DNA from: a virus
Strand: one strand, 5' to 3'
Length of the DNA: 64,000 bases
IMG/VR virus record: IMGVR_UViG_3300032246_001180
Location: 64,001-128,000 of that record
Within the stretch, counting starts at the first letter, position 1, and the number at the start of each line of letters is the position of its first letter. Below the pieces are notes generated by a model. That model ran no database searches. It saw nothing but the letters and a program-made list of their open reading frames with translations, and was not told the origin of the DNA. The translations under genes and the position numbers were made by a program. Below are positions 60,135 through 64,000 of the stretch, in pieces.

Positions 60135-60766
60135 GTTTACAATTGTTATTTGATTATATTTGGATTAGAAAATTAAATTTAAATGTTAATACGATTAAAC
60201 AATCATGTATCAAAATGGAAAGTTTTATCAATGAGAACTTTCCCGACTATAAACAAAATCCACTTTACGAACAAACAAACAAAGTATTGGAATCAAATTC
60301 ACCTGATACAACAAATGCATATTTTGATTACAATTTAATGTTGTATCCTCAACAAGGATTTCATGAGTTGTTTGTATCAATAAGAGAAACATTCAATTTA
60401 GTCAGAAAAAAAAATAATGTAAAATTTAATCAATTCTATATGCAATGTTGGTTGAATACTTATGATGTAGGTCAAAAATTAGAATGGCATGGCCATTTTC
60501 CACCAGAAGTTAAATCTTGGCATGGGTTTTATTGTGTGAATGTTAAAGATTCTGTAACCTCATACAGAATTCCACCAAATGGTAAATTAGTTAATCTAAA
60601 CTGTAAAGATGATTTACTGGTAATCAGTAAGAGCGATGGAGATACACATTGTACTTCAGATTGGAATTATGAAAACGACAAAAGAATTACAATTGCTTTT
60701 GATATCGTACCAGCTCCATTCATAGCTTCACAGAAGATGTTACTTAATCACTGGATACCATTATAA
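60131..60766 (+). CDS. Putative 2OG-Fe(II) oxygenase
   Basis: W.N.....L.WH.H...HGFYCV...H...RITIAFD. Confidence 0.65.
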   Translation: MSLQLLFDYIWIRKLNLNVNTIKQSCIKMESFINENFPDYKQNPLYEQTNKVLESNSPDTTNAYFDYNLMLYPQQGFHELFVSIRETFNLVRKKNNVKFNQFYMQCWLNTYDVGQKLEWHGHFPPEVKSWHGFYCVNVKDSVTSYRIPPNGKLVNLNCKDDLLVISKSDGDTHCTSDWNYENDKRITIAFDIVPAPFIASQKMLLNHWIPL

Positions 60767-60789
60767 ATATACCCCATACAAAAGGGGTA
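60762..60789 (+). promoter_or_regulatory. Late promoter TATAAATA adjacent to an SD-sequestering hairpin
   Basis: TATAAATA 60762-69; TACCCC-ATACAAAA-GGGGTA 60770-60789; ATG at 60793. Confidence 0.65.
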
Positions 60790-60792
60790 ATA

Positions 60793-61629
60793 ATGAAAAC
60801 TATAAAAACAATCTTTGGTATCACGTTAATTGGTTTATTACTGATTTCGATTAACAATGCGTTTGCATGGACACAAAGACCTAATTTTCCACAAGAGCAA
60901 TGTGCAGTTCACGCACCTTACGGATTTCCACAGGCCGCAGGTTCACCAATCTGCCGTCAAGCATATTATGTTGACTATGATGCAGCTGCAAAGTTGCCAA
61001 AGGTTGTAACATACACTTTAACACCACCAAATGCAATAGGTTGTGTTGCTAGAACTAACGCATTTACAGCAGACCAATCGATTCAGAATGGCGCCAGACC
61101 AGATGACTACGCAGCCACAGGTTACGATAAAGGTCATATGGCACCTGATGGTGATTTAAGTTGGGACCAACAAGTTGAATATGAATCGTTTTTGATGACC
61201 AATATGAGTCCTCAAGCAGGTTCATTGAACAGAGGTATTTGGAAGTTGTTGGAAACATCTGTGCGTGGCTGGGTTGTACAACGCAATCAAGTATATACAA
61301 TTTATGTTGGTGGTGTTTACAACGCAAATGATAAACGAATTGGTACTGGTGTTGTTGTACCAAATGCATTTTATAAAATTGTAATTAATCAATCAACAAA
61401 CGAAGTTGCTGGTTGGTATTTCCCTCATGTGGCACCTTATCCAAATTTAGGTAATGATTTGACAAAGTTTAGAGCAAGTGTTGGACAAATACAACAAGCA
61501 GCAGGTGTACGTTTTGGTTTCCCAGCAACAGCAAGAGAGATAGCAGTTGGTCAAGAATGGCCAGTTGATTATGGTGCATTAACAAACGCTAAGCGTGCTA
61601 AATGTGGTAGTAATGCATCTGCTGATTGA
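60793..61629 (+). CDS. Exported DNA/RNA non-specific endonuclease (NucA/Serratia family)
   Basis: Signal peptide; YDKGHMAP, SF.MTNM.PQ...LNRG.W..LE, VP..FYK. Confidence 0.92.
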   Translation: MKTIKTIFGITLIGLLLISINNAFAWTQRPNFPQEQCAVHAPYGFPQAAGSPICRQAYYVDYDAAAKLPKVVTYTLTPPNAIGCVARTNAFTADQSIQNGARPDDYAATGYDKGHMAPDGDLSWDQQVEYESFLMTNMSPQAGSLNRGIWKLLETSVRGWVVQRNQVYTIYVGGVYNANDKRIGTGVVVPNAFYKIVINQSTNEVAGWYFPHVAPYPNLGNDLTKFRASVGQIQQAAGVRFGFPATAREIAVGQEWPVDYGALTNAKRAKCGSNASAD

Positions 61630-61652
61630 CTTTTTAGCAAGGAGCATATATA

Positions 61653-61784
61653 ATGAACTTTAAACGTAAAAAAACAAAGAGGTGCGTTCGTTGTACAATG
61701 TGTACACAGCATCGATGGTTAGGTAACAACAAAGGTCGTAAACCTATCCGTGATATGCGAAACGAACAAAAAGAATTGTTGTAA
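61653..61784 (+). CDS. 43-aa basic Cys peptide directly upstream of tmRNA (not in ORF track)
   Basis: AAGGAG SD; MNFKRKKTKRCVRCTMCTQHRWLGNNKGRKPIRDMRNEQKELL. Confidence 0.55.
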   Translation: MNFKRKKTKRCVRCTMCTQHRWLGNNKGRKPIRDMRNEQKELL

Positions 61785-62068
61785 TCCCTTCTAAGCGAAG
61801 GACTTCTGGACGGGGGTGCGAATCCCCCCAGCTCCACCAATTATCTACTTTTATCCGGAAACAGATAATTATTCGGATTAAATAAAAGTGTATAATTGAT
61901 GGGGCTGCATAGTTTCGACAGGGGTAGATAGTAAAGACGGCAACACGGTAGGCGATGACCGTTAATCAAGCAAAACAAGTAAACGCAAACGATAGCGAAT
62001 ACGCATTAGCAGCTTAAAGGCCGCTTAGGGTTTTTGGCAGTTTATCCTCGTAACAGAATTAAACTGCC
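61781..62068 (+). ncRNA. ssrA: Circularly permuted two-piece tmRNA (acceptor piece, intervening segment, coding piece)
   Basis: T-arm GGGGG-TGCGAAT-CCCCC and CAGCTCC-A-CCA ending at 61839 come BEFORE the 5' GGGGCTG..TTTCGAC at 61901; G3.U70 pair; tag 61985-62017 ANDSEYALAA*. Confidence 0.93.
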
Positions 62069-62138
62069 TAAATAAATTTACTAGACAACACACACAATCG
62101 TCTAGTAATACACATAAACACACACAAGGAGTAAAAAT

Positions 62139-62414
62139 ATGAGTATGACACCCTATGAAATTCGCCTAGAACTTTTAAAAATGGCGAAAGATATGCTAAC
62201 TGACGAATACTACGGTAAACGTGAAGTAATCAGCAACGAATGGTCAACCAAGGTAGAAGAATCCAAAATCAACGGAACACCTTCACCATCCCATCCAGGT
62301 TTTCCATCATTCCCCTCGGAAGAAGAAATAATCAAAAAAGCAGAACTGCTTAACGGATTCGTTTCTCAAATTCCACAACAATCCGAAATAAAGACGAAAA
62401 AATCTAATTCGTAA
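62139..62414 (+). CDS. Conserved phage hypothetical protein
   Basis: TPYEIRLELLKMAKDML...P..EEII..A..LNGFVS; AAGGAG SD after a CA-rich leader. Confidence 0.7.
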   Translation: MSMTPYEIRLELLKMAKDMLTDEYYGKREVISNEWSTKVEESKINGTPSPSHPGFPSFPSEEEIIKKAELLNGFVSQIPQQSEIKTKKSNS

Positions 62415-62471
62415 TTGGGGTACTCCGTACCTGCGATTCGTTGTGGGTACGGTCATCAACAAGGAGAGAAG

Positions 62472-62993
62472 ATGACAAAAACAAAAAATAATCTAGTAGT
62501 AGGTTTACTAACGATAACATTAATTGCATTTAATCTTATCAATCCAATATCGATAAGCTTTGCACAAGATTTTGTACGCAAAGAAGTTATCCAAGAATAC
62601 AATAAAGAAGTTGATTGCTTAGCAGAAAATATTTACTACGAATCTGCAAGCGAATCATTCGAAGGCAAATTGGCTGTAGCACAGGTAACAATTAACCGTG
62701 TTAAGTCGGGTAAATTTGCAGACAACATCTGCGGTGTTGTTAAACAAAAAGATACCATCAATGGTTCTATCGTTTGTCAATTTTCATGGACTTGCCAAGC
62801 GGTTAAACACATAGTACGCAACAAGTATCAATGGGAAGAATGTCAGATTGTTGCCAAAAAAGCACTAACACAATCCGTAGCACACGAATTGCTTTATGAA
62901 CAAGATGCAATGTACTATCATGCGGTGTATGTTAATCCTAAATGGAAATTAAAAAGAGTAACACAAATAGGTAATCATATATTTTATAGATAG
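62472..62993 (+). CDS. SleB-like cell wall hydrolase (Hydrolase_2)
   Basis: CLA.NIY.E...E...G..AVAQVT.NRV, CQFSW, YYHA.YV.P.W, IGNHIFY. Confidence 0.9.
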   Translation: MTKTKNNLVVGLLTITLIAFNLINPISISFAQDFVRKEVIQEYNKEVDCLAENIYYESASESFEGKLAVAQVTINRVKSGKFADNICGVVKQKDTINGSIVCQFSWTCQAVKHIVRNKYQWEECQIVAKKALTQSVAHELLYEQDAMYYHAVYVNPKWKLKRVTQIGNHIFYR

Positions 62994-62996
62994 TGC

Positions 62997-63025
62997 TTGA
63001 CTATGATAACTTAATGATGTATAAT
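62997..63025 (+). promoter_or_regulatory. Sigma70-type promoter
   Basis: TTGACT-17-TATAAT. Confidence 0.65.
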
Positions 63026-63051
63026 GATGAATTACTGATTGGAATGAGAAT

Positions 63052-63273
63052 ATGCCTACTAAAGATGAGATTAAAGAATTCAGTTCGTTGATTGAAGAAA
63101 TGGCCAAACGATTGCGATGTACCCGTTTAGATGCCATTCTACACCATTGCAAAGAATCTGGATTAGAAGTTGAAGTGGCTTCAAGTTTGATATCGCCTGC
63201 TCTCAAGAGTCGCATCAAAGAAGAAGCACAAGATGCAAATATGTTGAAAAAGAGTTCACGTTTGCCGATATGA
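63052..63273 (+). CDS. 33: Late transcription coactivator gp33
   Basis: FS..IE......DAI...C....E.E....LIS..LK..I..EA...NML; adjacent to gp59. Confidence 0.85.
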   Translation: MPTKDEIKEFSSLIEEMAKRLRCTRLDAILHHCKESGLEVEVASSLISPALKSRIKEEAQDANMLKKSSRLPI

Positions 63274-63890
63274 ATGAGAATACAGGCTTTGCAGCTTACG
63301 CTCTGTGGAATGCCTTGAAGCTGCACTTTACATCCGATTCGTATGATTATTTTAAATACAACGGCAAAACCAATGTATCAAAACAAACGTTTTCCATAAG
63401 AAAAGATAAGTACCAGTTTTATAAACTTAGTCGTAAGTATGGTTTAGAAGAATTGAAAAACTTTTATGTGGCAAACTTTGTATATGGTAAATCTGATTGG
63501 GTAGGTGAACTGTTGCAGGATGGCAACGAACATTATTTAAAGTGGCAAAAAACCATCCAGAGCTTGACTTATACCTTTGAAAATGATATAATATATTTGT
63601 TCGATTTGGTAGATGGTGCGGAGTTTTCAACCCGTGATGATATTTTAAAACCAATTGAAGGTGGTTGGCCAATGATTATTACCAAACTAATGAAAGGTAA
63701 AGTATCATTGGAATCTGTTTGTATTATGGTTGATGTTGTTGGTTGTATGCCTAGATGGGAAAAACAAATTACTGATGATATCATTTGGCCAACGTACCAT
63801 AGATTGATTAAGAAGTATACACCATTTATCGAATATGATAAAGAAAAATATACAAACATTTTGAAAGAAAAGATTAAAGAGTATGGCTGA
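63270..63890 (+). CDS. 59: Helicase loader gp59
   Basis: AY.....LKLHF....YDYFKY.GK......F..RKDKY.F.KL; KY.PF. Confidence 0.9.
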   Translation: MNENTGFAAYALWNALKLHFTSDSYDYFKYNGKTNVSKQTFSIRKDKYQFYKLSRKYGLEELKNFYVANFVYGKSDWVGELLQDGNEHYLKWQKTIQSLTYTFENDIIYLFDLVDGAEFSTRDDILKPIEGGWPMIITKLMKGKVSLESVCIMVDVVGCMPRWEKQITDDIIWPTYHRLIKKYTPFIEYDKEKYTNILKEKIKEYG

Positions 63891-64000
63891 AATCACAACT
63901 ATCTACTTGGACATGGATGGCGTAATTGCTGACTTCAATAAACGGTATAAAGAATTGTTTGATATTGAACCGAGTGAAGCGGACAATTACAAAACATTTG
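63883..64000 (+). CDS. HAD-family 5'(3')-nucleotidase (3'-truncated)
   Basis: IYLDMDGVIADF HAD motif I. Confidence 0.75.
   Translation, partial: MAEITTIYLDMDGVIADFNKRYKELFDIEPSEADNYKTF

Noticed and set aside
61812-61839. Stand-alone tRNA-Ala
   Set aside because: No anticodon or D arm upstream; the matching 5' acceptor strand lies downstream, so this is the permuted tmRNA
1-64000. All minus-strand ORFs and most short alternative-frame ORFs in the track
   Set aside because: They shadow well-supported + strand genes, lack SDs or motifs, and all promoters point in the + direction
1-64000. Stop-codon reassignment
   Set aside because: The standard code gives intact core genes and dense packing; TAA, TGA and TAG all end genes

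Overview
A 64-kb, AT-rich segment of a large T4-like myovirus. Essentially every credible gene is on the + strand. T4-core markers include primase gp61, RNase H, endonuclease II, gp33, gp59, and late promoters TATAAATA. Two Bug/TctC binding proteins and the tmRNA tag suggest a betaproteobacterial host (inference). Layout: 0.8-9.4 kb late/virion genes, several starting with a T4-type capsid-targeting sequence; 9.5-16.9 kb lysis genes plus exported Cys-rich proteins; 17-28 kb replication and nucleotide metabolism (primase, thyX, nrdA/B, rnh, phoH); 28-58 kb many small early genes driven by sigma70-type promoters; 58-64 kb nucleases, tmRNA, gp33 and gp59. Most notable observations: (1) a circularly permuted two-piece tmRNA (tag ANDSEYALAA) plus an unannotated ArfA-like peptide, suggesting phage-encoded ribosome rescue; (2) eight promoters with a TGTTG-N8-CAACA palindrome 14-16 bp upstream of the -35 box; (3) extremely His-rich, capsid-targeted ligase-like and nucleotidyltransferase/kinase proteins, one containing an overprinted gene; (4) unassigned structured RNAs near 46.7, 37.6 and 6.9 kb. 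All calls come from motif reading by eye; no database search was run.
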